A stretch of DNA of 64,000 bases from an uncultured Desulfobacteraceae bacterium (GTDB lineage: Bacteria > Desulfobacterota > Desulfobacteria > Desulfobacterales > SKZT01). Where the stretch lies: assembly GCA_964478625.1 (NCBI GenBank), contig CAYZJH010000001.1, positions 140,588 through 204,587 on the forward strand, given 5' to 3'. Position numbers and translations under genes: made by a program. Below are positions 37,946-47,422 of the stretch, piece by piece. The number at the start of each line of letters is the position of its first letter. The first letter of the stretch is position 1. The notes below the pieces were generated by a model that saw only the letters and a list, made by a program, of their open reading frames with translations, was not told the DNA's origin and ran no database searches.

Positions 37946-38545
37946 ATGAAAAAGGTAATTGTGCACCCGGAGCGCTGTGTTGGCTGTATGCAATGCATGG
38001 TAGCATGTGCAACAGCCCATTCCAGGTCCGGAGAACTGTTTTCAGCCATCTGTGAAATTCCTCTTCCCAAACCGAGGATTCATGTCGGAGTTGGGCTTTA
38101 TGGCGAAGGTTTTCCCAACAGGTGCAGGCATTGCGACCCGGCACCATGCCTGCTCGCCTGCCTTCCGGGCGCTATTGATCGAAATACTGAATTCGATACC
38201 GTCATGATCGACCCGGACAAGTGTATCAATTGTGCATCCTGTGCTATGGCATGCCCCTTTGGTGTAATCAGATATCATGAAGATTTCCAAGCACCAGCGA
38301 AAAAGGTGGTAGCGGTCAAGTGCGATAATTGCATTAGCCGTCAGGCAAAAGGACTTGTTCCAGCATGCGTGGAAGTCTGTAAATCCAATGCCCTGACATT
38401 CGAAACATCGGCCGAGGCCTTGAAACGTAAAACCAACGAGGTTTCCAGGACAGTATCGGCCGAGGCAAAAGTCTCCGCCACCGCGCCGGGATTTAACCTG
38501 CTTAATGCCATCAAAAAGTCTCAGACCGAATTGAAAGCCAATTGA
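37946..38545 (+). CDS. cooF: CooF-like 4Fe-4S ferredoxin-type electron-transfer protein
   Basis: ATG at 37946 preceded by GAAGGAGG. Cys clusters CVGCMQCMVAC, CRHCDPAPC, CINCASCAMACP and CDNC...CVEVC. Confidence 0.8.
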   Translation: MKKVIVHPERCVGCMQCMVACATAHSRSGELFSAICEIPLPKPRIHVGVGLYGEGFPNRCRHCDPAPCLLACLPGAIDRNTEFDTVMIDPDKCINCASCAMACPFGVIRYHEDFQAPAKKVVAVKCDNCISRQAKGLVPACVEVCKSNALTFETSAEALKRKTNEVSRTVSAEAKVSATAPGFNLLNAIKKSQTELKAN

Positions 38546-38562
38546 TCAAGGAGGGGAAACCG

Positions 38563-40446
38563 ATGAATAAACATTATACTGAAAAAACGATTACCACCGA
38601 TGGTCAGCTGATGCTCAAAAAAGCGGAGGCGGACCAGCTTGAAACTGTTTGGGAACGCTATGAAGCACAGCTTCCTCAATGTGGTTACTGTGAAATGGGC
38701 TTAAGCTGCCGGATATGCAATATGGGACCTTGCCGTATCGATCCTTTTGGAGAGGGACCTCAAAAAGGAGTTTGCGGAGCAGATGCCGATATTATTGTTG
38801 CCAGAAACCTGGGGCGTATGGTCGCATCCGGAGCTGCTTCGCACTCAGATCACGGGCGGGACCTGGTGGAGGTCCTGGAAGCTGTGGCTGAGGGAAAAGC
38901 ACCGGGATATCAAATCAAGGATGAAGAAAAATTGAAGCGGGTCGCCGGTGAATACGGTATCGACATACAGGGAAAAGACATTCTAAAAATTGCAGGTGAG
39001 GTGGCCTATGCCATGCAGGAAGATTTCGGTACCCGAAAGAAAAGCTTAACGCTTGTGCAAAGGGCTCCGGAGGCACGCCGAAAAGTATGGGAAAAAGCCG
39101 GGGTGACACCCAGGGGTATAGACCGGGAAACATCCGAAATGATGCATCGCACCCACATGGGTGTTGATAATGGTTGGGTGAGCCTGTTGCTGCAGGCAGT
39201 CCGTAATGCTTTGTCCGATGGCTGGGGTGGCTCCATGATAGCCACAGATGTTTCCGATATTTTATACGGCACTCCCAAACCGGTCCAAACGGCTGCCAAT
39301 ATGGGAGTTTTAAAAGCCGATCATGTAAATATCATTGTTCATGGGCATAACCCTGTGGTATCTGAAATGATTCTGCTTGCCACCCAAGATCCCGAAATAC
39401 TGGCTTTTGCCAAATTAAAAGGCGCCGCAGGAATAAATCTGGCCGGCCTTTGCTGTACGGGAAATGAACTTTTGATGAGACATGGCGTAGCCATGGCGGG
39501 AAACCATTTGATGACCGAACTGGTGATCGCCACAGGTGCGGTAGAAATGCTGTTTGCCGATTACCAATGTATTATGCCCTCATTGGGGAGTATTGGTGAT
39601 TGCTACCACACAAAAATGATCAGCACCAGTGACAAGGCCAGGTTTCCGAACATGGAACACCACGAATTCCACGCTCATAATGCCGCAGACCTTGCTAAAA
39701 CACTCGTTCGAAAAGCAGTAGAAAATTTCGAAAACCGCGGTGAAGTTTATATCCCCGTAGAACCTGTTCCGGCAGTGGGAGGGTTTTCGGTTGAAGCCAT
39801 CGTCGGTGCTTTGGGTGGAAGTCCAGAGCCGTTGATCAATGCCATAAAATCAGGCAAGATCCGGGGAGCCGTCGGAGTTGTAGGTTGTAACAACCCAAAA
39901 ATAAAACACGACTTTGGACATATAAAACTAATTAAAGAACTTATTAAAAATGACATTCTTGTAGTGGATACAGGGTGTGCGGCCGTGGCTACGGCCAAGG
40001 CCGGATTTAAAAACTCCGAATCGCTTCGATTGGCTGGCCCTGGCCTTAAAGAAATTTGCGGGGCACTGGGCGTACCACCTGTCCTTCATATGGGAAGTTG
40101 CGTAGATAACGTGCGTATTCTTGTTCTCGCTTCAGCCCTTGCCGATGCACTTGGAACCGATATTAGCGCCCTTCCCCTGGCAGGCGCCGCGCCGGAATGG
40201 TATTCGGAAAAAGCCATCTCAATAGGAGTCTACGCTGTAGCCTCCGGTATTTACACTGTTTTAGGTCCCATGCCTCCAATCACCGGAAGCATGAATATCG
40301 TAAAACTATTAACCGAAGGCCTAAATGATGTTCTGGGAGCCACTTTTGCCGTCGAGCCCAACCCTGAAAAAGCTGCACTCCTGATCCGTAAACACATCGA
40401 GAAAAAGCGAGCAGGTTTAGGCCTGGATAGCCGCGACGTTAAATGA
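38563..40446 (+). CDS. cooS: Anaerobic Ni-Fe carbon monoxide dehydrogenase catalytic subunit
   Basis: ATG at 38563 preceded by AAGGAGGGG. N-terminal cluster motifs CGYCEMGLSCRIC-NMGPCRI. Also HGHNP, CCTGNE, GCNNP and GSCVDN, which are typical of CooS/HCP-family C-cluster ligands. Confidence 0.9.
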   Translation: MNKHYTEKTITTDGQLMLKKAEADQLETVWERYEAQLPQCGYCEMGLSCRICNMGPCRIDPFGEGPQKGVCGADADIIVARNLGRMVASGAASHSDHGRDLVEVLEAVAEGKAPGYQIKDEEKLKRVAGEYGIDIQGKDILKIAGEVAYAMQEDFGTRKKSLTLVQRAPEARRKVWEKAGVTPRGIDRETSEMMHRTHMGVDNGWVSLLLQAVRNALSDGWGGSMIATDVSDILYGTPKPVQTAANMGVLKADHVNIIVHGHNPVVSEMILLATQDPEILAFAKLKGAAGINLAGLCCTGNELLMRHGVAMAGNHLMTELVIATGAVEMLFADYQCIMPSLGSIGDCYHTKMISTSDKARFPNMEHHEFHAHNAADLAKTLVRKAVENFENRGEVYIPVEPVPAVGGFSVEAIVGALGGSPEPLINAIKSGKIRGAVGVVGCNNPKIKHDFGHIKLIKELIKNDILVVDTGCAAVATAKAGFKNSESLRLAGPGLKEICGALGVPPVLHMGSCVDNVRILVLASALADALGTDISALPLAGAAPEWYSEKAISIGVYAVASGIYTVLGPMPPITGSMNIVKLLTEGLNDVLGATFAVEPNPEKAALLIRKHIEKKRAGLGLDSRDVK

Positions 40447-40467
40447 TCCATCCATGTGATTTTTCTC

Positions 40468-40500
40468 AACAGGCAGGGGTAAGATCATACCCTGCCTGTT
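40468..40500. terminator. Rho-independent terminator between convergent cooS and plsY
   Basis: AACAGGCAGGGG-taagatcat-ACCCTGCCTGTT, an 11-12 bp GC-rich stem, followed on the plus strand by TCATTTTAATCTTTTTTTTT. Confidence 0.65.
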
Positions 40501-40505
40501 TCATT

Positions 40506-41135
40506 TTAATCTTTTTTTTTCCATAATACGGGCTCGGTCCCTGCCATGATCCTGCGGATATTATCTTTATGACGTAAAAAAATCATGAGTGTAAAAATCC
40601 CTGCACAAACAGAAAGCAGGAGAAGACCGGTATCTGCAAAAACAGCCAACGGAAGCAGCGCCGAAGAACCCAAAGATCCTATTGAAACGCGGTTGCCAAT
40701 AAAGACTAAGACCATAAACGTTAAAAGAGACACCAGGCAAGCCCAGGGGGATATGATGATAAAACATCCGAAAGTTGTGGCAACCCCTTTCCCGCCGTTT
40801 TTAAACTTGAGATACACCGGAAACAGATGTCCTCCGAAAGATGACAGAGCCACCATACAGACAGACACTTGAGCGCCGAAATCTTCAAAGCCCAGCATAT
40901 TTACGGCAAGAAATACCGGAACCAGGCCTTTTAGGACATCACCGATAAGTGTCATCAATCCGAAATGCCACCCCGCCACCCTTTTAACGTTCGTCGCTCC
41001 TATATTTCCACTCCCCTGCTCCAGTATGTTGACCGAAGTAAAATACTTTGTCAGCAGCAAGCCGCAGGGAATTGAACCAAGAAAATAGGCAAATATCATC
41101 AGCCCGATAACTTTAAATATAATAGAAAACTCCAT
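40506..41135 (-). CDS. plsY: Glycerol-3-phosphate acyltransferase PlsY
   Basis: 209-aa membrane protein. LGSIPCGLL, GSGNIGATNV, GHLFPVYLKFKGGKGVAT-type motif. Confidence 0.9.
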   Translation of the reverse strand: MEFSIIFKVIGLMIFAYFLGSIPCGLLLTKYFTSVNILEQGSGNIGATNVKRVAGWHFGLMTLIGDVLKGLVPVFLAVNMLGFEDFGAQVSVCMVALSSFGGHLFPVYLKFKNGGKGVATTFGCFIIISPWACLVSLLTFMVLVFIGNRVSIGSLGSSALLPLAVFADTGLLLLSVCAGIFTLMIFLRHKDNIRRIMAGTEPVLWKKKD

Positions 41136-41368
41136 TGAATTCTATTTCCTATTTATTATAAATAAGTGTCTTCTTGAACCATAACTCATGGTTTTGTATG
41201 CTTCTTGGATTATTTATATTTTATTTGTTGTAATCCTGAATTTCATATGTATAATAATTTTTTTGAATAGGCATGAAAAAATATCTTCTATTCATCATTT
41301 GAAGATATGATATCCAATACTGAATAAGAATCAAGACACTTTTAAAGGTAACCATCAAGAACGGATCA

Positions 41369-41662
41369 ATGAAAGCGGTTAAAATCCCTATCGAAGATGT
41401 ATTAGACCTTCATCATTTCAGGGCTCAGGAGGTTTCAGCACTTTTGACCGATTACCTGACTGAGTGTATCAAAGCCCGCATTTATTCCGTCCGGATAATC
41501 CACGGCAAAGGACATGGCATTCTAAAAAATATAGTCAGGCAAAATTTGAGAAACAATTCGCTTGTATATTCATTTCGGGATGCACCCTATGATGCAGGTG
41601 GTTGGGGTGCTACTTTAGTGGAGTTAAAGGATAACAATAAATCTGAAACCATAATCCGATAA
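41369..41662 (+). CDS. Smr-domain protein
   Basis: 97 aa. LDLHHF ... VRIIHGKGHGILK ... GGWGATLVEL matches the Smr/MutS2 C-terminal domain pattern. Confidence 0.7.
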   Translation: MKAVKIPIEDVLDLHHFRAQEVSALLTDYLTECIKARIYSVRIIHGKGHGILKNIVRQNLRNNSLVYSFRDAPYDAGGWGATLVELKDNNKSETIIR

Positions 41663-41673
41663 GATAAAAAATC

Positions 41674-42138
41674 ATGCAATCTGTTTTTGTCAACAGGGAA
41701 AATAAAGCTATTTTGACATGCCCCAAATGCACTAAAGCCAAAACCGTGGATGTCGCCAGCATGGTTATGGACAAAAAAAAATTAAATATCAGAGTGAAAT
41801 GCTCTTGCGGAAATATTTTCCCGGTCGTCCTCGAGCGAAGGAAATTTTACCGAAAAAAAACCAAATTGTCTGGCATTTTCATGTTGGAACAAGATCATGA
41901 AGATAATATCATGATTGTTACAAATCTGTCTCGGTTCGGACTTGAATTTAAAAGTTCCGACACCGACAAGTTGCGTGTTGGAGATCGCATTGGGGTCGAA
42001 TTCAGGCTCGATGATAAATCCAGATCATTGATCAAAAAAAAGGCGATTATCCGAAGAATTGATGGAAGCTATGTTGGAGTTGAATTCTGCTTTCAGGATG
42101 AATTTGATAAAGTTTTGGGGTTTTATCTTTTTCAATAA
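41674..42138 (+). CDS. PilZ-domain protein with an N-terminal Cys4 zinc-ribbon
   Basis: 154 aa. CPKC...CSCG ribbon, then PilZ c-di-GMP motifs RRKFYR (RxxxR) and NLSRFG ((D/N)xSxxG). Confidence 0.65.
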   Translation: MQSVFVNRENKAILTCPKCTKAKTVDVASMVMDKKKLNIRVKCSCGNIFPVVLERRKFYRKKTKLSGIFMLEQDHEDNIMIVTNLSRFGLEFKSSDTDKLRVGDRIGVEFRLDDKSRSLIKKKAIIRRIDGSYVGVEFCFQDEFDKVLGFYLFQ

Positions 42139-42176
42139 AATCTGTAACCATTGATTTCATTTTAAAATTCAGCCAT

Positions 42177-43337
42177 ATGATAAAACCTGTCTACCTTGAC
42201 TTTAATGCAACCACGCCTTTAGACTCCAAAGTTATTGAAGCGATGATCCCCTTTCTGGAAAGAGATTTCGGCAATCCGTCCAGCACCCATTGGTATGGAA
42301 TTGCTCCCAAAAAGGCTATTGAAAAGGCCAGGGGCCAGGTGGCGCAAATTTTAGGGGCTGACCCTTTGGAAATCATTTTTACCAGCGGAGGAACCGAATC
42401 AAATAACCATGCAATCATCGGCACGGCCCATAGCCTCAGAAACAAGGGAAATCACATTATCACCACCCAGATAGAACATCCTGCCGTATTGAATGTATGC
42501 AGTTACTTGGAATCTCAAGGATTTTTAATTACTCGTGTTGAAGTGGATGAATACGGTCTGGTGGATCCTCTTGATATTCAAAAAGCCATCACTCCTCAAA
42601 CGATACTGATCACAGTCATGCATGCGAATAATGAGATCGGAACAATCGAGCCCATTGAAGAAATCGCCCGGATCATCAAAAACAAAGGAATTGTTCTCCA
42701 TACAGATGCTGCTCAAACTGTCGGTAAAATTGAGACATGTGTTAATTCATTAGGAGTTGACATGCTGTCGATAGCCGGACACAAGCTTTATGCTCCCAAG
42801 GGTGTCGGTGCGTTATTTATTCGAAAAGGCATTAGTCCCAATATTTTTATGCACGGTGCCGGCCAGGAGATGGGCAAAAGAGCCGGGACTGAAAATGTTT
42901 CAGGTATTGTAGGCCTTGGCATGGCCTGTGAAATAGCCTTGAACAATCTGGACAGCAATTCGATTCGAATGAAAAAAACCCGTGATGATTTGTTCAAAGG
43001 TTTACAAAAATCGTGGAGTAATTTGAAACGAAACGGTCACCCCGAAAAGGTTTTACCCAATACCCTGAGTGTTTCTTTTAAAGGCTTCGAAGCCAATCGT
43101 ATTCTGGAAGAAATCGGTTTGGAAATAGCGGCGTCGGCAGGCGCAGCCTGCCATTCAGACCTTGTCGAAATTTCACATGTTTTGTCGGCAATAAGGCTGC
43201 CTGAAATCTGGGCAAAAGGCACAATACGATTCAGCACAGGAAAAACCACCCGTGATGGCGATATTGAATCAGCCGTAAGAGTCACCTTGGAAGCATTGGA
43301 GACTTTGGCTGGTCAAAAAGAAAACTCCCATCGTTGA
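42177..43337 (+). CDS. Cysteine desulfurase (NifS/IscS-like, class I)
   Basis: 386 aa. YLDFNATTP, TSGGTESNN, PLP lysine in SIAGHKLYAPKGVGALF, active-site loop SAGAACHS. Confidence 0.85.
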   Translation: MIKPVYLDFNATTPLDSKVIEAMIPFLERDFGNPSSTHWYGIAPKKAIEKARGQVAQILGADPLEIIFTSGGTESNNHAIIGTAHSLRNKGNHIITTQIEHPAVLNVCSYLESQGFLITRVEVDEYGLVDPLDIQKAITPQTILITVMHANNEIGTIEPIEEIARIIKNKGIVLHTDAAQTVGKIETCVNSLGVDMLSIAGHKLYAPKGVGALFIRKGISPNIFMHGAGQEMGKRAGTENVSGIVGLGMACEIALNNLDSNSIRMKKTRDDLFKGLQKSWSNLKRNGHPEKVLPNTLSVSFKGFEANRILEEIGLEIAASAGAACHSDLVEISHVLSAIRLPEIWAKGTIRFSTGKTTRDGDIESAVRVTLEALETLAGQKENSHR

Positions 43338-43344
43338 TATGGTA

Positions 43345-43713
43345 TTAACCATAGGCAAGTTCAAAAGCATTTTTTACAACCTCAACCGCTCCTGATTTTT
43401 TAGCAGAATCAATTGCCACAACATCAAATCTGGCTCTGGCATTGGTTTGCCCTGTTGTTTTCAAATAATATAAAGCCACCATGGAAATTTTTCGTTTCTT
43501 GCTTCTTGTAATAGCCTCTTTTGGATTGTAAGCCCTGGACTTTCGCGCTTTAACCTCTACAAAAACAAGTGTATCCCCATCTTTTGCGATAATATCGATC
43601 TCACCGAATTTCGACCGATAATTGCGTTGGATGATTTTATAGCCACATTTTTCCAGGTATGTTGCGGCCATGGTCTCACTATCCGTTCCGAATATTTGTT
43701 CCTGGGTTTGCAT
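43345..43713 (-). CDS. yraN: YraN-family (UPF0102) endonuclease-like protein
   Basis: 122 aa. GEIDIIAKDGDTLVFVEVKARK core. Conserved position downstream of rnhB. Confidence 0.8.
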   Translation of the reverse strand: MQTQEQIFGTDSETMAATYLEKCGYKIIQRNYRSKFGEIDIIAKDGDTLVFVEVKARKSRAYNPKEAITRSKKRKISMVALYYLKTTGQTNARARFDVVAIDSAKKSGAVEVVKNAFELAYG

Positions 43714-43716
43714 ATT

Positions 43717-44325
43717 TTACAGGTACTCTCTGACTCCCTTGAAGGTTTTACGGTGAATTGGGCAGCACCCATGAAATTTTATGGCTTTCCGGTGATCTTT
43801 TGTGGGATATCCCTTATGCTTGTCAAAACCATAGACAGGATATATCGCATGATATTTTTCCATAATCCGATCGCGGGTCACTTTGGCAATAATTGAAGCT
43901 GATGCAATGGATATGCTTAGCGCATCTCCTTTGATGACGGCCGCCTGAGGATGTTTGGTTTCGATATTAAATTTGCCGTCAATCAGCAGAAAATCGGGCT
44001 GCGGCTGAAGTTTATCCACGGCCATGGCCATGGAAAGTAAGGAGGCCCGGAGAATATTGATTCGATCGATTTCGCCAACATCAACAATCCCTATTCCTAT
44101 TGCCTCAGCTCCTCTGTTGATTTTTTCATAAAGTTCTTCACGCTTCTTGGGGGTCAACTTTTTTGAATCATTAAGCCCCGGTGCACAAAAACTGGAAGGT
44201 AGTATAACCGATGCAGAAACCACCGGCCCTGCCAATGGTCCTCTGCCGGCTTCATCCACCCCGGCTATCAGGGAGAATCCTTTTTCTTTTAATCTGTTTT
44301 CATAGGCCCAAAGGTCCGGTCCCAT
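43717..44325 (-). CDS. rnhB: Ribonuclease HII
   Basis: 202 aa. GVDEAGRGPLAGPVV, DSKKL, ASIIAKVTRD, GYP. Confidence 0.9.
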   Translation of the reverse strand: MGPDLWAYENRLKEKGFSLIAGVDEAGRGPLAGPVVSASVILPSSFCAPGLNDSKKLTPKKREELYEKINRGAEAIGIGIVDVGEIDRINILRASLLSMAMAVDKLQPQPDFLLIDGKFNIETKHPQAAVIKGDALSISIASASIIAKVTRDRIMEKYHAIYPVYGFDKHKGYPTKDHRKAIKFHGCCPIHRKTFKGVREYL

Positions 44326-44354
44326 ACATCCCCGTTTATGCTGAAAACCTTAAA

Positions 44355-44383
44355 GGGCGGGGCTCCTTAAACCGCACCCGCCC
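44355..44383 (-). terminator. Hairpin, a likely attenuating terminator downstream of rplS
   Basis: GGGCGGG(G)-loop-CCCGCCC. On the minus strand the stem is followed by TTTAAGGTTTTC. Lies in the 110-nt gap between rplS and rnhB. Confidence 0.5.
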
Positions 44384-44435
44384 AAAACACCTTTTTCCTT
44401 ATCATCAATAAGAATCAAGGGATTTTTCTCGAATC

Positions 44436-44783
44436 CTAGCTGAGCCGTTTTTCCTTGATTCTTGCAGCCTTACCGCGAAGTTTGCGCAGATAGTAAATTT
44501 TTGCACGACGTACCCTTCCCTTGGTGACCACCTCAATTTGGTCTATAAAAGGAGAATGTGCCGGAAAAACTCTTTCCACCCCGACTCCATATGAAATTTT
44601 ACGCACTGTAAATGTGGATTGGGCACCGTTATTTCTTTTGCCGATCACCACACCCTGAAAGACCTGAATTCGTTCTTTTTCACCTTCTCTGATTTTTACA
44701 TGAACTTTTACGGTATCTCCGGGTGAAAAACTCGGAAGATCCATTCGAATCATTTCTTTTTCTAAATTTTTAATAAGCTCCAT
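44436..44783 (-). CDS. rplS: 50S ribosomal protein L19
   Basis: 115 aa. [29 protein letters not shown] ... RRAKIYYLR. Confidence 0.95.
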   Translation of the reverse strand: MELIKNLEKEMIRMDLPSFSPGDTVKVHVKIREGEKERIQVFQGVVIGKRNNGAQSTFTVRKISYGVGVERVFPAHSPFIDQIEVVTKGRVRRAKIYYLRKLRGKAARIKEKRLS

Positions 44784-44840
44784 GGGTTATCTCCATATGG
44801 TTCGGTTTTGCGCATGAACGGTTATCAGCGTTCTTTGCGT

Positions 44841-45419
44841 TTAGTCATTTCTTCCCAATAACCGGTCTAAAATCACCGCAGAGGCAGACCGGACTGAAAG
44901 ATGGTTATAGTCGGATATTCCTGAAATGGGTTCAAGAACATAATCAGCCTGTGAAATCAGCTCTTCTGAGAGGCCCCAGGCCGTGCCAAACAAAAGTAGA
45001 TACGATTCATGATTATAAAGCAAGCTTTTCAACCGATCGTATCCGATACTTCCTGAAACTTTTTTAGCACTAGTCCCCACCACCTTTGGTTGTTTTTTCC
45101 GTCTTTGCCGGATATGATCCAAAACATCCTTAACAGAGCCCATAACCCTGATCAGTTTAACGGCTTCTTTTCTGTTTGGATTATAGTGTCCTCCAAAGCC
45201 GTCCAGCCAATGGTCTATAATTTTATGAGCCAAAACCTGCTGGTCCTTCAAAGGTGTGATCACATAAAATGTATTGACCCCGTAAGTTTTTGAAGACCGC
45301 GCAATATCGTGAAGATCCAAATTGGTCAGGGCTGATGCGATTGTATCAGCATGTTTGTTAAGAACGGGATGATGCACCAGAGCGACTGATAGATCGACTT
45401 TGAATGATTTATCCTCCAA
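44841..45419 (-). CDS. Putative SPOUT-fold RNA methyltransferase (resembles the family I recall as Pfam Methyltrn_RNA_4)
   Basis: 192 aa. VALVHHPVLNKHADTIASALTNLDLHDIARSSKTYGV ... LLFGTAWGL ... NHLSVRSASAVILDRL. Inserted between trmD and rplS. Confidence 0.55.
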   Translation of the reverse strand: MEDKSFKVDLSVALVHHPVLNKHADTIASALTNLDLHDIARSSKTYGVNTFYVITPLKDQQVLAHKIIDHWLDGFGGHYNPNRKEAVKLIRVMGSVKDVLDHIRQRRKKQPKVVGTSAKKVSGSIGYDRLKSLLYNHESYLLLFGTAWGLSEELISQADYVLEPISGISDYNHLSVRSASAVILDRLLGRND

Positions 45420-45559
45420 TACTTTTGTCCCAATTAACCGACAGGGTTTCGGGTTTCAGTGTTTTTTCGAATTTTTTTCCTGAATTCAGGATGAGTTCAA
45501 AAGAGAGGCTTTTGAATCAATTACCCAAGGATCTCATTTGAACGCATGCTTTTCGGGGG

Positions 45560-46345
45560 TTATCCCCTTTTTACTGTATGGTGTTCCTTTTGATGAAAAT
45601 CGATGATCGTTTGAATTTCCTTTTGCCAACCTTTCAGGATGTCTAATTCATCTCCGGTCAGACATTTTTCAAGTAAAAGATCTTTTCTTTTTAAAAAGGT
45701 TCGCATCAAAGAAGACTTCAGTCGCCAGCTCTCTATCCGCCCATGATCCCCCGATAGCAGAACCTCCGGCACAGACTCGTTCTCAAATTCGTACGGGCGG
45801 GTGTAATGGGCATGTTCCAGCAAACGGTTCGAAAAAGAATCATTTTCAGAAGAATCAGCACAGCCTAAAACACCCGGAATAAATCGGCTCACAGCATCAA
45901 TGATTACCATGGCAGCGAGTTCTCCACCGGTCAGGATATAATCTCCAATTGAAACTTCTTCATCGATAAAGTTTTGACATATCCTTTCATCAATACCTTC
46001 ATATCTGCCGCACAGCAAAATCAGTTCTTTTTCCCCGGCCAATTGTCGGGCCATCTCATGGGAAAAGGGTTTTCCCTGCGGAGTTAAATGAATCCTCAAA
46101 GCATCCGGTACCAGCTTCATGGCCTCTCGCATGGCTCCGGCAACCGGTTCAGGTTTCATAACCATACCAGGCCCCCCACCATATGGCCTGTCATCGGTAA
46201 CCTGATGCCTGCTTTCGGCATAATTCCTGATTTGAATCGTTTGTACCGATATTTTCTGAAGCTCAACTCCCCGACGAATCATCCCGTGGTTTCGGAACGT
46301 ATCGAACAAATCCGGAAACAGGGTTAACACCACGAAACGCATCAC
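45560..46345 (-). CDS. trmD: tRNA (guanine37-N1)-methyltransferase
   Basis: 261 aa. LTLFPDLF, DDRPYGGGPGMVM, LLCGRYEGIDERI, SIGDYILTGGE. Confidence 0.95.
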   Translation of the reverse strand: MMRFVVLTLFPDLFDTFRNHGMIRRGVELQKISVQTIQIRNYAESRHQVTDDRPYGGGPGMVMKPEPVAGAMREAMKLVPDALRIHLTPQGKPFSHEMARQLAGEKELILLCGRYEGIDERICQNFIDEEVSIGDYILTGGELAAMVIIDAVSRFIPGVLGCADSSENDSFSNRLLEHAHYTRPYEFENESVPEVLLSGDHGRIESWRLKSSLMRTFLKRKDLLLEKCLTGDELDILKGWQKEIQTIIDFHQKEHHTVKRG

Positions 46346-46869
46346 AACCCCTCAGGAAGTTGGACAGTCATGGTTTTCCCGATTAAATCGATTTTTTTCA
46401 CTACCGATTCCAGAGCTGGAATCAGCTTCTCTGTGTTTCCATTTTTTACCACAAATACATCATTGCTGCCGGTGGGAAAAATAAATTCCAGTGTTCCAAG
46501 AAAAAAACCGTCCATGGTAAACACCGAAAGGCCAATCAGATCTACCCAATAGTAGTCGCCTTCTTCCGTTTCCGGCATTTTGCTGCGCTCAACAAGCAAC
46601 TCTGAATCGACCAATCCCCGACATTCATCAAAAGAACAAACTTCTTTAAATAAAAGAAGAAACCCCTTTTTGTGGGGTTTGATCCAATCTACAGTTAAGT
46701 AAGAAAATTCACCAACACTGTTTCGAACACAGATTCGGGTTTCAGGTTTGAAAAACTCCATTGATTCAACATAAGGTTGAAATTTTAATGCACCTTTGAA
46801 TCCATGGGAACCTGTAATTTTTCCAATGGAGATCAATCGATCTTTCTCCATGGTGTGGTGCTCACTCAA
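46342..46869 (-). CDS. rimM: 16S rRNA processing protein RimM
   Basis: 175 aa. [16 protein letters not shown]-terminal barrel and a PRC-barrel C-terminus. Position between the KH gene and trmD supports the call. Confidence 0.85.
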   Translation of the reverse strand: MSEHHTMEKDRLISIGKITGSHGFKGALKFQPYVESMEFFKPETRICVRNSVGEFSYLTVDWIKPHKKGFLLLFKEVCSFDECRGLVDSELLVERSKMPETEEGDYYWVDLIGLSVFTMDGFFLGTLEFIFPTGSNDVFVVKNGNTEKLIPALESVVKKIDLIGKTMTVQLPEGL

Positions 46870-47092
46870 TAATTTCCAAAACAGTTCTTTTTTTAACTTT
46901 GGCAGAGGCTGCGCTTAAAATGGTTCGCATTGCTCGTGCTGTTCGCCCCTGTTTACCAATGATTTTCCCCAGATCTTCTTTAGCGACCTTCAATTCGAGC
47001 ACCGACGTCTGGTTTCCCGAAATCTCCTCCACGAATACCTCTTCCGGCTTATCCACTAGTGCCTGTGCGATGTACTTGATCAGATCTTTCAT
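46862..47092 (-). CDS. KH-domain RNA-binding protein (YlqC/UPF0109-like)
   Basis: Start chosen at [19 protein letters not shown]. Contains [22 protein letters not shown] (GxxG KH motif). The ORF-track start at 47134 adds 14 unsupported residues. Confidence 0.8.
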   Translation of the reverse strand: MKDLIKYIAQALVDKPEEVFVEEISGNQTSVLELKVAKEDLGKIIGKQGRTARAMRTILSAASAKVKKRTVLEIIE

Positions 47093-47139
47093 ATCTATGA
47101 CCTCTCCTTTGCTGGCCGTTGAGAAATGGGGCACAAATA

Positions 47140-47394
47140 TTACAGAACAGTCTCGGATGCCTTTTCCTTTTTGATAATGTTTCTGACCGTATCCGTAGGT
47201 TTAGCTCCCTGTCCCAACCAATAGTCAATTCGATCATTTTTCAGCGTAATATCCGCTGGTTCCTTTAACGGATTATAGGTGCCGACTATCTCAATAAAAC
47301 GCCCGTCCCGGCGACTTTCCTGGTCAGCCACAACAATTCTGTAAAAAGGTCTTTTTTTGGCGCCGTGTCTGGCCAATCTGATTTTTACTGCCAT
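47140..47394 (-). CDS. rpsP: 30S ribosomal protein S16
   Basis: 84 aa. [35 protein letters not shown]. Confidence 0.95.
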   Translation of the reverse strand: MAVKIRLARHGAKKRPFYRIVVADQESRRDGRFIEIVGTYNPLKEPADITLKNDRIDYWLGQGAKPTDTVRNIIKKEKASETVL

Positions 47395-47422
47395 ACTTTT
47401 TCTTTCTCCTTGTTTGCACTCC

